In this document: positions 34,448 through 42,964 of the stretch, piece after piece
Position numbering within the stretch: the stretch's first letter is position 1
Layout: the number at the start of each line of letters is the position of its first letter
NCBI GenBank assembly: GCA_040389905.1
Contig: JAZJZK010000043.1
Location: forward strand, 1 to 46,646
Length of the DNA: 46,646 bases
Origin: Gemmatimonadota bacterium
GTDB lineage: Bacteria; Gemmatimonadota; Gemmatimonadetes; Gemmatimonadales; Gemmatimonadaceae
Reading direction: 5' to 3'
The notes under the pieces: model-generated
Seen by the model: only the letters and a program-made list of their open reading frames with translations
Databases searched by the model: none
Told to the model about the DNA's origin: nothing
Program-made: the position numbers and the translations under genes

Positions 34448-36817
34448 TTAGACCTCGCCGAAGTCCAGGTCATCCGAACTCGGACGCTTCGACGCGCTCG
34501 CGTTGAGCTCGGCCTCGGATGCGTCCGCGTCGTTCTGCGCGTCTGCCGTCTGCTCGAAGCTCGCGGCGTCGTCCTCGGTCGGCATCGGCTGCGCGTCCTC
34601 GAATCCCGGCGGCGCCTGCTCGACGTCGTCGAACGGACCCGACGGTTGACCCTGCCCTTGATCCTGCATCGCGCCACCTGCTTTGAGGAAGTCGGCGTAT
34701 GCCTGACTTTCAGCTTGTCCCTGTTGAAACGCCAGTTGCTGCTGCTGCGCCTGCGCCTGGTCCTGCTGCCCCTGGTAGGCTACATCCTGAGCCTGCTGCT
34801 GCGTCGCAAGCTGCGCCTGCTGCGTCTGGTCGGCCACCGCCGCGAGGTCTGCCTGGTGAGCCGCTGCCGCGTTCTCAGTCTGCGTCGTCTTAGCGATCTG
34901 CGCCGCGGTCTGGGCGTCAGCGAAGTCCTGCGCAACTTGAGCGGCGTAATTGGACTTCGCCGTCGTCATGTCCGTGTTCCAGTCCGTCAACATCTGGTTG
35001 TAGAGCACGAGCTGATCCTGCGCAGTCGCCCAGGGAGGCGCCGCGTTTCGAAACCAAAAAAACATTGGCGCGCCCGCTCCGCCGCTGCCGTAGGCGTAGC
35101 GGAGGCCACCGTACTCGGCGTTGTTGGGGTTGCCGACGAGAGGACCCCAACCGTGCGCACCAGAAGCGTCGAACATCACGTCGAGATTACTGGCCTCTTG
35201 TGCATTCGGCGGATTGAGGCTAGACACGTTAGTTGGTGCGTACACGAACCACCGACTACCGTCGGTGCCATGCCATTCAAAACCTCCGTTCGGGTGATTA
35301 CCGTCGGAGTAATCCGCATACGGCTTGTCCTTCTTCGGCATCCACGTGTTGTAGCTCGTGATGCCCTTGAACGGCGGCACGTGCGACGACCCAAGGTCGA
35401 AGGTGAACGGAATCGCACCCGTGTAGCGCGCCTTGAGATCGTCGACATTCGCCGCGTTGTACTGCGTCTGCTCGCCACCAGGCGGTTCACTCATGAACGC
35501 GCTCGGATCCATGTACGCCTTCTGAGCGTCACTCATGGTTGGAGCAGACTTCATCCCGTAGTTCGTGTCCGGCCCTGGATAGCGGCCAGTCGAATACGCG
35601 CCATCGGTCGAACCGCCAGGGGCGCCACCGCTCGCGCCCGCACCACCGTACTGCGCCGAATCCGCGTACGACAGATCCCCGAACGCCGGGTCGAGCGCAC
35701 CCGAGGGCTGCAGCCAACCGTTGCCGTCGGGCGTGTCACCAGGCTGCGAAGGGATCGGCGACTGATCGGTGTTGTAGCCCGGATGCGTTGGATCAGGCGT
35801 GCCGGCGCCGATGACCATCGCATGCAGCATATCGCCGAGGAAGGTCGCCTGTGCACCGACGATGTCGAACGCCTCCTGCGCTTCATCGATGACGTCTTCG
35901 AACGGGTTGCCGACGCCGAGGATTTCGAAGTGCTCGCGATCGAGCGGCGGCGCGTTGTGATGATCACCGAAGATGCCGTGCACGCCCGTCGCACCCTTCG
36001 GGTTGAGCAGCATCGCCGCGGCCTTGACGCCCGCGACGGTCTTCGCCTTGGCCGTAGCGGTCACGGTCGCGTGCGTGTCGGCGGCAGCGGCAGTTTTCAC
36101 TCCCGCATTGCGCAGATCGACTGCAAGCTTCTTGACCTGCGCGAGCGATGGCACCGTATGTCCACTGCGCGTCTTGCGCGGCGGAGTGCCGAGAAACGCG
36201 TTTTTAATCGTCGACAGCACGCTGCCGATGAGGCTCTCGCTCTCGCCGACGACGCTGCGCTTTACAGTCTTCGTGGCAGGCTTGTACTGCGCCGCCGCGA
36301 TGGCGTGGTCGAGCTTGGCGGCGATCTGCAGTGCGTTCTTGGCCGCCGCTCGCGCGTTCGCGACCGTGACGGCGTCGCTCTTTCGCGTCATCGTCTTCGG
36401 GATGACCATCGCCGTATGAATACGCCCGTGGACCGGCGACACGGCCTTGACGAACTGCGCGCGCCCCTGCAACACCGACGGGCGCGTGGTCATACGCGCA
36501 CCGGCGCGGCTCGCAAACTGCGGCACCGAGCCGACGATATCCACGCCTCGCAAACACGCGGTCTCGCCGCGAATGTAATCTTCGTGCCCTTGGAACTCAA
36601 TCGGGCCGATGGCAGGACCCGGAGGAACAAGCTCCTCGAAGATTTCGCCAAGGATCTCAGCGATGTCGGCGCCACCGTCGCCGAGAATCTGCCCGTCACC
36701 GCTGACGACAGGAGGCGGGATCTCGTCGTCCCACGCCTGCGCGGCATCCGCGTTCTCCTGCGTGAGATCGGCCATGTGCTCGTCGATAGCATTTTCACGT
36801 TCGGTGCTCATGGTCAT
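34448..36817 (-). CDS. Large putative virion protein (about 790 aa)
   Basis: GAGGAG RBS; about 10 phi-phi-G motifs in the N-terminal half; Gly/Pro/aromatic central domain; Gln-rich coiled coil; acidic tail. Confidence 0.8.
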   Translation of the reverse strand: MTMSTERENAIDEHMADLTQENADAAQAWDDEIPPPVVSGDGQILGDGGADIAEILGEIFEELVPPGPAIGPIEFQGHEDYIRGETACLRGVDIVGSVPQFASRAGARMTTRPSVLQGRAQFVKAVSPVHGRIHTAMVIPKTMTRKSDAVTVANARAAAKNALQIAAKLDHAIAAAQYKPATKTVKRSVVGESESLIGSVLSTIKNAFLGTPPRKTRSGHTVPSLAQVKKLAVDLRNAGVKTAAAADTHATVTATAKAKTVAGVKAAAMLLNPKGATGVHGIFGDHHNAPPLDREHFEILGVGNPFEDVIDEAQEAFDIVGAQATFLGDMLHAMVIGAGTPDPTHPGYNTDQSPIPSQPGDTPDGNGWLQPSGALDPAFGDLSYADSAQYGGAGASGGAPGGSTDGAYSTGRYPGPDTNYGMKSAPTMSDAQKAYMDPSAFMSEPPGGEQTQYNAANVDDLKARYTGAIPFTFDLGSSHVPPFKGITSYNTWMPKKDKPYADYSDGNHPNGGFEWHGTDGSRWFVYAPTNVSSLNPPNAQEASNLDVMFDASGAHGWGPLVGNPNNAEYGGLRYAYGSGGAGAPMFFWFRNAAPPWATAQDQLVLYNQMLTDWNTDMTTAKSNYAAQVAQDFADAQTAAQIAKTTQTENAAAAHQADLAAVADQTQQAQLATQQQAQDVAYQGQQDQAQAQQQQLAFQQGQAESQAYADFLKAGGAMQDQGQGQPSGPFDDVEQAPPGFEDAQPMPTEDDAASFEQTADAQNDADASEAELNASASKRPSSDDLDFGEV

Positions 36818-36822
36818 TCTCC

Positions 36823-37770
36823 TCAAATCGAGAGTTCAAAAGGAAGACGGACGTGCTGCGTGGTCATCGTCGTGGTAGTCACGTTCAACTTCACGATGTC
36901 GCTAGTAAGCGGAATCGTAGAAATTTGCGTACCGTTGCCGATGTTCAAAGTGTAGCGAATCGTGTTCGACGTATCGATAAAATCGATCTGCACCGATCCC
37001 CCAGGGTCACTCATCTGCACCGGCAAGATGCCTGATGCAAAGGGAGGCACCACAATCGAGGCCGGGACGTTCTGTGCCTGCGAGTCGATGTATCGCGTAC
37101 GAATAAGAGGACTCGTCCGCACCATATCTCGAAACGATAGGTTTGCGCACATGTTGGCCTGTGCGGTATTCGACGCCGTCAAGGCATCGAGAGCGACCAG
37201 TACTTCGATCATCGACGCATTTATCGTGAACTGACGGCCGGTACCGATATCAATCTCGGCCGTGAAATTGTTTCCGTAGCTGCCCCAGTGCACGATCGCG
37301 AACGGTCGAACCACAGCACCAGCCGTCGAGACGAGCGGAGTCACGAGGCCGATGGTCACCGTCACCGGGCCGGTCTCGTGGTCCTCACCCTGCCAGCGCG
37401 CCACCGAGTCTTGAACGATGACGATATCCGAGGTGAGGCTGGCATTCGAACCAAGCGCCGGGGACTTGCCCGTAGCCGACGGCGGATTGCCAATGGACGC
37501 CGACGCGGCGTTGATGCGCCGAATTCTTTCGATCTCAGCTTCGACGTGCTGGTAGAACTCATCCTTCACCGCAGCATTTTTTTCGGCGGTGGCGAAGCGT
37601 TCGATATCGTCCTGCAGCGGATCGATGTATCCGCTCGGCTTAATCGGATCGAGAATTTCTGGTTGCAGTGCCTCATCCTCTTTGACGAACGAGCGTCCGT
37701 CATCGAGCTCCTGCGCGATATCATCAAACGGCGAGCTATCATCAAAATCGTCATCTTCAAAATCGCTCAT
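36823..37770 (-). CDS. Putative virion structural protein (beta-rich), paralog of 25548..26717
   Basis: Acidic N-terminus; about 200-aa Thr/Val/Ile-rich beta domain aligning with the paralog. Confidence 0.65.
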   Translation of the reverse strand: MSDFEDDDFDDSSPFDDIAQELDDGRSFVKEDEALQPEILDPIKPSGYIDPLQDDIERFATAEKNAAVKDEFYQHVEAEIERIRRINAASASIGNPPSATGKSPALGSNASLTSDIVIVQDSVARWQGEDHETGPVTVTIGLVTPLVSTAGAVVRPFAIVHWGSYGNNFTAEIDIGTGRQFTINASMIEVLVALDALTASNTAQANMCANLSFRDMVRTSPLIRTRYIDSQAQNVPASIVVPPFASGILPVQMSDPGGSVQIDFIDTSNTIRYTLNIGNGTQISTIPLTSDIVKLNVTTTTMTTQHVRLPFELSI

Positions 37771-39239
37771 TGGCTGACCGCCTGTTCTTTACCACCCTGG
37801 AACAGCACCAGCTTCGCATCCTTGACGACGACCTTCTTACCTCCAGTTTTCAGATTCAACGTCACCTGCGCGGGGGAGTCATAGCCAAAGCTGAACTTAT
37901 CTCCCGCGCCTCGCTTGTAGCCGTTGCCGTCGAAGCGCACACCACCGAGCACGCCGCACGCCGACACGGACGAGTTGAGGTACTCGTCATGGGTGCCGTT
38001 CACGTGGATGACGATCACGCTATCCGGCGACGCGACGATCACGATGTTCGACTGCGGCGCCTTCGGGGCCGGAGGAGGCGGCATGAATACGCCGGGCTTT
38101 ACGTCCGCGGTGCCGCCCGCCCAACCTGGCAGAGCGGGCGCCTCGAGCTGCGTCAGCTGATCGCCGAGCGCGCCCGCACCGAACGCGTGCAGGAGAATGT
38201 TGCCCCCCGTGTGCGCGCCGCCGAAGAAGTTCACGCCGAACTCGCGCGCATCCATGCCGACGACCTGCGCCTTGCGCTTCTGCGCGCTCGTGAGTCGCAC
38301 GCCGGCATCCTTGACGAGGCCGCGCCACGAGGACGCAAGCTTGAGCGCCTCGCGACACGCCTGCTTGTCGCCTTGCTGACAGCGCTGGAGGAGCGCCATC
38401 ATCGCCGCCATGTCGGGATCGGCCTGCGGAACAACGAGTCCGACGAACGGCTCGCGTGCCTGCGCAAACACGGGTGCGGCGGCGCAGATTTCGCTGAACA
38501 GCTTTCTCCCGGCGACCTTCGGCGCGAGGTTGGCGCCAACGAGCAGCGCCTCGTCGCCGACGCAGCCGACGACCTCCGCGCAGCCGACGACCTCCTCGAA
38601 GGTGTCGTCGAGCGGCGCGCCCGTCGTCGCGATGCCGTACGGCGTCCGCGCGCTCACGAGCACTTCGTCGCCGTCGGTCCAACACTCGACTTTGCCGCGC
38701 ATCGACGACGGCAGCCCGAGGTCCACCGGCTTGCCGCCGCGCGCTGCCTCGGTGACGACGCCGATGACCGCCTGCTCGTGCTCGTCTGAACCGCCGCCGT
38801 CGAGGTGGCGCTCGAACTCCTCGACGTCCATATTGTGGCCGCCGTGGTGGTCCGAGATGTGCCCCTCGAAGGCGCGCTCGAGGCGCCCCAAACGCGCGTC
38901 GAGGTCAGCGAGGTACGGCTGCCGACGAAGGTCGCGAAATTCGGCGTAGGACTCTTCGCCGTCGAGGCGCACGAGCTTCGGGCGGCCGATGGCGGAGCGG
39001 AACATCTTGCGCAGGCGATCGTACAGTGGGTAGTGCCCGTCGATGATGGTGGAAGCCGCGCCGACGACGTGCTCGGCTGGCTCGAACGTCCACGCGGTGG
39101 GGTCGAAGCCGACAAGCTCGACCCGCACGGGCACACGAAAACGGCGACGGCGAAGCACGCGCAGCGTCTCGCCCATCATGTCGATGATGTCGACCGACTC
39201 GGCGCCGAGGACGTCGTCGAATGCCTCGCGGGCGTTCAT
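37767..39239 (-). CDS. Putative virion/morphogenesis protein with many phi-phi-G motifs
   Basis: ATG in TAATG overlap; DDVLG, ELVG, HVVG, AVIG, EEVVGCAEVVGCVG, QVVG. Confidence 0.75.
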   Translation of the reverse strand: MNAREAFDDVLGAESVDIIDMMGETLRVLRRRRFRVPVRVELVGFDPTAWTFEPAEHVVGAASTIIDGHYPLYDRLRKMFRSAIGRPKLVRLDGEESYAEFRDLRRQPYLADLDARLGRLERAFEGHISDHHGGHNMDVEEFERHLDGGGSDEHEQAVIGVVTEAARGGKPVDLGLPSSMRGKVECWTDGDEVLVSARTPYGIATTGAPLDDTFEEVVGCAEVVGCVGDEALLVGANLAPKVAGRKLFSEICAAAPVFAQAREPFVGLVVPQADPDMAAMMALLQRCQQGDKQACREALKLASSWRGLVKDAGVRLTSAQKRKAQVVGMDAREFGVNFFGGAHTGGNILLHAFGAGALGDQLTQLEAPALPGWAGGTADVKPGVFMPPPPAPKAPQSNIVIVASPDSVIVIHVNGTHDEYLNSSVSACGVLGGVRFDGNGYKRGAGDKFSFGYDSPAQVTLNLKTGGKKVVVKDAKLVLFQGGKEQAVSQ

Positions 39240-39859
39240 TAGAAGACACCATTCGCGTTGCGGAAAAGCTCGAGGGTGGCTTCGAACCGGTTCTCCGGAT
39301 CGCTCCACTTCTCGAGCGCGGCGCGACCGCCACGGTGTAAAATCGCCAGGGCGCCCGACATACTTACGTCATCGGGTCTTTCGAAATCAGGTCGCAGCGC
39401 GCATTCGTCATAGTGCTCAGCTTCTTTCAACAGCTTGTAGTAGGCTCGGCAGCTCGCCACAAACACCTTGTACTGCGCGTTCGCACTCTTCAGGAACAGG
39501 TCGCGCGTGAGCGGTGGCACCCAGTCCGCCACCTGCACCGAGCGGTTGGTGATCGGATCGCGCTTGTAGCGCAGGTTCTCAACGAGCTTGAGGTCGGCCA
39601 GGCGCTTGTAGCGGATGTCGAACATGCCGAGGCCGTTCGACGGCGACACCGCGTCCAGCGGCGCGACCTTCATCGCGAACACGAAACTGGTCCACGCGGC
39701 GTTCGAGACGTTCGGCAGCTCGCTCTTGAGCACGCGCTCGTCGGCGCGGAATGGGCGCAGAGCCGGGGCGGTGCTCGCCGCCTCGGGTGGAGCGAAGCCG
39801 ATGGTCTCGCTCGCGGGCTCGGGCTTGCGCGCGTCGACGATGAAGGGGAATTTGCTCAC
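39239..39859 (-). CDS. Lysozyme-like fold protein, probably degenerate
   Basis: NGLGMFDI...LADL...FLKSANAQYKVF...SGALAILHRGG echoes G.YQF...FL..P..Q...SG.LA.AH..G; catalytic ES not seen. Confidence 0.5.
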   Translation of the reverse strand: MSKFPFIVDARKPEPASETIGFAPPEAASTAPALRPFRADERVLKSELPNVSNAAWTSFVFAMKVAPLDAVSPSNGLGMFDIRYKRLADLKLVENLRYKRDPITNRSVQVADWVPPLTRDLFLKSANAQYKVFVASCRAYYKLLKEAEHYDECALRPDFERPDDVSMSGALAILHRGGRAALEKWSDPENRFEATLELFRNANGVF

Positions 39860-40569
39860 GCGACCCTCTTTTTATTGCTGAGGAGATCGCTCACCGCGGC
39901 GTCGAGCGATGCGCCATCGAACGAGGACGTCATCGACTTCAATGCCGGGCGCAATGCCGCACGCCCGTACTTGCGAAGGATGTCGCAGCGCTCCTGGTTC
40001 TTTTGAATTTCGATCATGCGGTCGGCAGCGCGCTCCGGCTGGTACATGCCAAGCAACAAGGAGGGGTCCTCGCTCGTTTCGTAGTTGCACGGGCCGAGCG
40101 GCGGCCACAGCACGAGCGCGTGGTAGGTGGTACCGCCGCCGGGGCGCTCGCGACTTGTCATGAACGGGCGCGCTGGGATTCCTGCTTGACGAAGCTCGGC
40201 GACGCGCCAGCAGGCGAGGCCGTCACAATCGATCTCGCCGAGCTCGAGGATCACGCCGATATCGCAAAAGTGCTCGCCGCCCATCACGTCCTGAATTTTC
40301 TCGAGGACGCGGCGTACGTCGCCCTTGCGCGCGGCGGCGCCGAGGGCTTCCTTCAGGATCTTCACCTCGTCGATGTCACCGGTCAGCTGCTTCGGCTTCG
40401 CCCAGTTCACACCGGACTTGTAGAGGCGCGGGGTGGAGGGGCGCTCGCTGAGGTAGTCCTGATTCCTTTGGACAAGGGCCTCCATGAACCAAATCAAATC
40501 TTTTTCGGTTTTTAGCCGACTGTCGCCGTCGGAGAAGCAGGTTAGCTCACACCAAATATGCCGCAACAT
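39856..40569 (-). CDS. Transglutaminase-like (papain-fold) Cys-His-Asp enzyme
   Basis: IDCDGLACWRVAEL (Cys), YHALVLW (His), EDPSLLLGM (Asp). Confidence 0.8.
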   Translation of the reverse strand: MLRHIWCELTCFSDGDSRLKTEKDLIWFMEALVQRNQDYLSERPSTPRLYKSGVNWAKPKQLTGDIDEVKILKEALGAAARKGDVRRVLEKIQDVMGGEHFCDIGVILELGEIDCDGLACWRVAELRQAGIPARPFMTSRERPGGGTTYHALVLWPPLGPCNYETSEDPSLLLGMYQPERAADRMIEIQKNQERCDILRKYGRAALRPALKSMTSSFDGASLDAAVSDLLSNKKRVA

Positions 40570-40590
40570 GCGTGCTCCACCTCGACTTAG

Positions 40591-40627
40591 AAAAACGCCG
40601 CACCGATTAACGAAAGTCGGTGCGGCG
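40591..40627 (-). terminator. Intrinsic terminator downstream of the candidate capsid gene
   Basis: Perfect 11-bp stem CGCCGCACCGA/TCGGTGCGGCG followed by T5 on the minus strand. Confidence 0.8.
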
Positions 40628-40662
40628 GGTTAATCCCTACTAAACAACTCTGACGCAGTGCG

Positions 40663-41223
40663 TCAGTAGGCCGCCTTACCCCACAATTGACCAAAAAAGG
40701 TCGACGTGGTGATGAAGCTCACCGTGAACGCGATCGACAGCGCCGGCTGGCAGGTGTCCCACTTCACGCCGTTACCGAGCGCGTTGTTCGCGAAGAACAA
40801 GGTCAGCGCGCCGTTCGAGGTCGCCGGGCGCTGAAGCTTGTTGCCGATGATGACCTGGGTGATCGACGTGTTGAAGCCGGCGCCCTGGGGGCCGACGTCG
40901 GTCGCCATGATCTTCTCGACGCGGAACAGCGTCTGCGGCTGGATGGTGATGGTGGTCGTGGTGCCCGCGGTGCCCGACACCGGGCCGAGGGGGAAATCCC
41001 AGTCGCGGGCCTTGTCGACCGTCGACCGACGAACCATCGGACGCGCGTTCGCGATGCGCGCCTGGACGAACTGCGCCATCTGGGGCGAGCGCTGCACCAT
41101 CTCACCGAGGAGCTGGTACGCGCCTTCCGCGCCCAGCACCGAGAGGTCGGCGCCACCGCCACGAACCTGCTCACCGACGAGATCGTCCCACTCCGTACCT
41201 GCACCGATCAATGGATTACTCAT
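40663..41223 (-). CDS. Candidate major capsid protein (single jelly-roll-sized beta protein)
   Basis: 186 aa; N-terminal arm with four phi-phi-G motifs, then about 8 predicted beta strands (TTTITIQPQ..FRVEKI..SITQVIIG..SIAFTV..FFGQLWG); strongly GC3-biased codons; own terminator. Confidence 0.55.
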   Translation of the reverse strand: MSNPLIGAGTEWDDLVGEQVRGGGADLSVLGAEGAYQLLGEMVQRSPQMAQFVQARIANARPMVRRSTVDKARDWDFPLGPVSGTAGTTTTITIQPQTLFRVEKIMATDVGPQGAGFNTSITQVIIGNKLQRPATSNGALTLFFANNALGNGVKWDTCQPALSIAFTVSFITTSTFFGQLWGKAAY

Positions 41224-41430
41224 TTGCTTGTCTCCCTTGTTGCCGTCTGGGTACGCCAGGCCCGAACATTCGGACCTGACTGCGTTGCCGACTTGCGCGC
41301 GGCGCAGAACTCGCACCACCTCCGCTCACTGCCGGCTTGCTGCACCCTTGGGGCTCGGACTCGCCCGGCCTTTCGGGATCAGGGGCTACGGCGCGACTTC
41401 CGCCGGCCGTAGCCGAACTTCAAACCGCGA

Positions 41431-41883
41431 TTACCGCGGTCCCGTGTTGTTCGCCATCTCCTCGGCCGTCAAAAAGGGGCCGTCCGCACGCGGCGGAATC
41501 ACACCCACGACCTGCTGCGGGGACTTCTTGCCGGCGACTCCCTTGGGCGCGGCGTGCGCCACCGAGCGATTCGCCTTGTCCGAGCCCCACGACGCGCCGA
41601 CCGCGTACATGTACGTGGTCATGCCGACGTCACCTGCGCGCTCGAGGTGCTTGTTGCCGCCGAGCAGCGCCGAGCCGATGTAGCCGGCCACGCCGACGAT
41701 CGCCTCGATGCCGACGCCGTGAAAAACGGCCTTGTCGTAGTAGTAGCCCTTGATGGCGCCGAGGGCCGCCGCCATGACCGCGCGCTCGCCCTTGTCCATG
41801 ATGAAGGGCATGAGGCCCGACCCGGCCGCGAGACCCGTAGGAAGGTTGCGCGGGACCGCCTTGATCATGCTCAAAATCTTCAT
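41431..41883 (-). CDS. Putative virion membrane protein, first gene of structural operon
   Basis: AAGGAG RBS; Gly-rich hydrophobic segments; QQVVG motif. Confidence 0.7.
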   Translation of the reverse strand: MKILSMIKAVPRNLPTGLAAGSGLMPFIMDKGERAVMAAALGAIKGYYYDKAVFHGVGIEAIVGVAGYIGSALLGGNKHLERAGDVGMTTYMYAVGASWGSDKANRSVAHAAPKGVAGKKSPQQVVGVIPPRADGPFLTAEEMANNTGPR

Positions 41884-41961
41884 GTGTCCGTCTCCTTGAG
41901 AGCTCGCTCTCGTGGCCAGCTGAGACGGAACTCGCACCGTCGCTGGTATGGTGTAGAGCCA

Positions 41962-41991
41962 AATCTACGCGATTGAGGCGGACTTCGTCAA
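41962..41991 (-). promoter_or_regulatory. Candidate promoter of the structural operon
   Basis: TTGACG-18-TAGATT in the AT-rich divergent intergenic region. Confidence 0.5.
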
Positions 41992-42109
41992 GTATAAATA
42001 CGCGCAATCATACAGCTTTTTGGCTATGTGAAATATCGATTTGATTTTTTGCCTACGGACAGCGACGAGAATTGCCAGCAGGTGTGTTGTTTCTGGTAAT
42101 GTAAAAGGC

Positions 42110-42775
42110 ATGGGTGAAATCGCGAGAATTGTGGCCGAACTGCCCGTTTCTCTACATCGACGTGTCAAGAGAATCTCGAAACTCACGCACAAATCGATGT
42201 CCGATATCATTCGCGACGCGCTCAAGGGGGAGGTCAACGCCTTCGAGACCAAAGAGCGCGAGGAAGAGGCGCGCGTAGCTGAGACGAAGAGAAAGCCGTC
42301 GGGGATCGTCCCCCTCGAGCAGCGCCCCGCGATCGAGATGCCTGCCGTCGCCGCGCTCGACAGACTCGCTCCCGTGTTCGAGAAGCACGCGCTGAGGATC
42401 GCGGCGGCGTACGACAAGCCTGAAGAGCTCGCCGTGCTGCAGCGCGAAGCCTTTGCCGCGATCAAGAAGATGGCGCCTCTCACCTACGCCGACGACGAGA
42501 AGATCATCGCGCGGTTGGACGCGCTGATCGCGGAGAGGGCGGCGATGGAGGCGGAAGCGGAGACGGTGGAGCAGCCCGCGGTGCGCGGAATACGGTCGAT
42601 GCCTGCGGTTGCGGCTGCACCCGCGGAGGCTTCGCTCCCCGAGGTGTTCGGGTTGCTGAAGAACATGTTCGCTGGGTCGAAGATTGCGGAGGAGGATCCG
42701 CTCGAGGGGAAGGCGATCAATCTGATGAGGCTGGCGAAACAGTCTGTTGTTGAAGACGGAGAAGATGAAGGTTGA
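42110..42775 (+). CDS. N-terminal RHH DNA-binding protein
   Basis: RIVAELPVSLHRRVKRIS...SMSDIIRDAL fits the RHH pattern. Confidence 0.7.
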   Translation: MGEIARIVAELPVSLHRRVKRISKLTHKSMSDIIRDALKGEVNAFETKEREEEARVAETKRKPSGIVPLEQRPAIEMPAVAALDRLAPVFEKHALRIAAAYDKPEELAVLQREAFAAIKKMAPLTYADDEKIIARLDALIAERAAMEAEAETVEQPAVRGIRSMPAVAAAPAEASLPEVFGLLKNMFAGSKIAEEDPLEGKAINLMRLAKQSVVEDGEDEG

Positions 42776-42808
42776 CACTGCACGTGCATTCCGCGTATAC
42801 ATACACGC

Positions 42809-42964
42809 ATGGCCAACATTACAATTTACGTAGCCCCCGCTCTCGCAGCTGAGCTCGAGCAGTTGCGAGAGCGGCTCAAGTCGAAACGCTCCTCCCTCTC
42901 ACGCTGGTTCGACGAACAGGTCCGCGAAGCGGGTAGACCGCGCATGACGGGAAAGAAAAAATGA
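42809..42964 (+). CDS. 51-aa RHH-like protein (not in ORF track)
   Basis: MANITIYVAPALAAELEQL...SLSRWFDEQV; stop overlaps the helicase ATG; TTGACA at 42772 and palindrome TGCACGTGCA upstream. Confidence 0.65.
   Translation: MANITIYVAPALAAELEQLRERLKSKRSSLSRWFDEQVREAGRPRMTGKKK

Noticed and set aside
34394..36955. 853-aa plus-strand ORF
   Set aside because: Antisense shadow of the 34448..36817 gene; Arg/Val/Leu-rich translation typical of GC-rich reverse frames; no RBS or motifs
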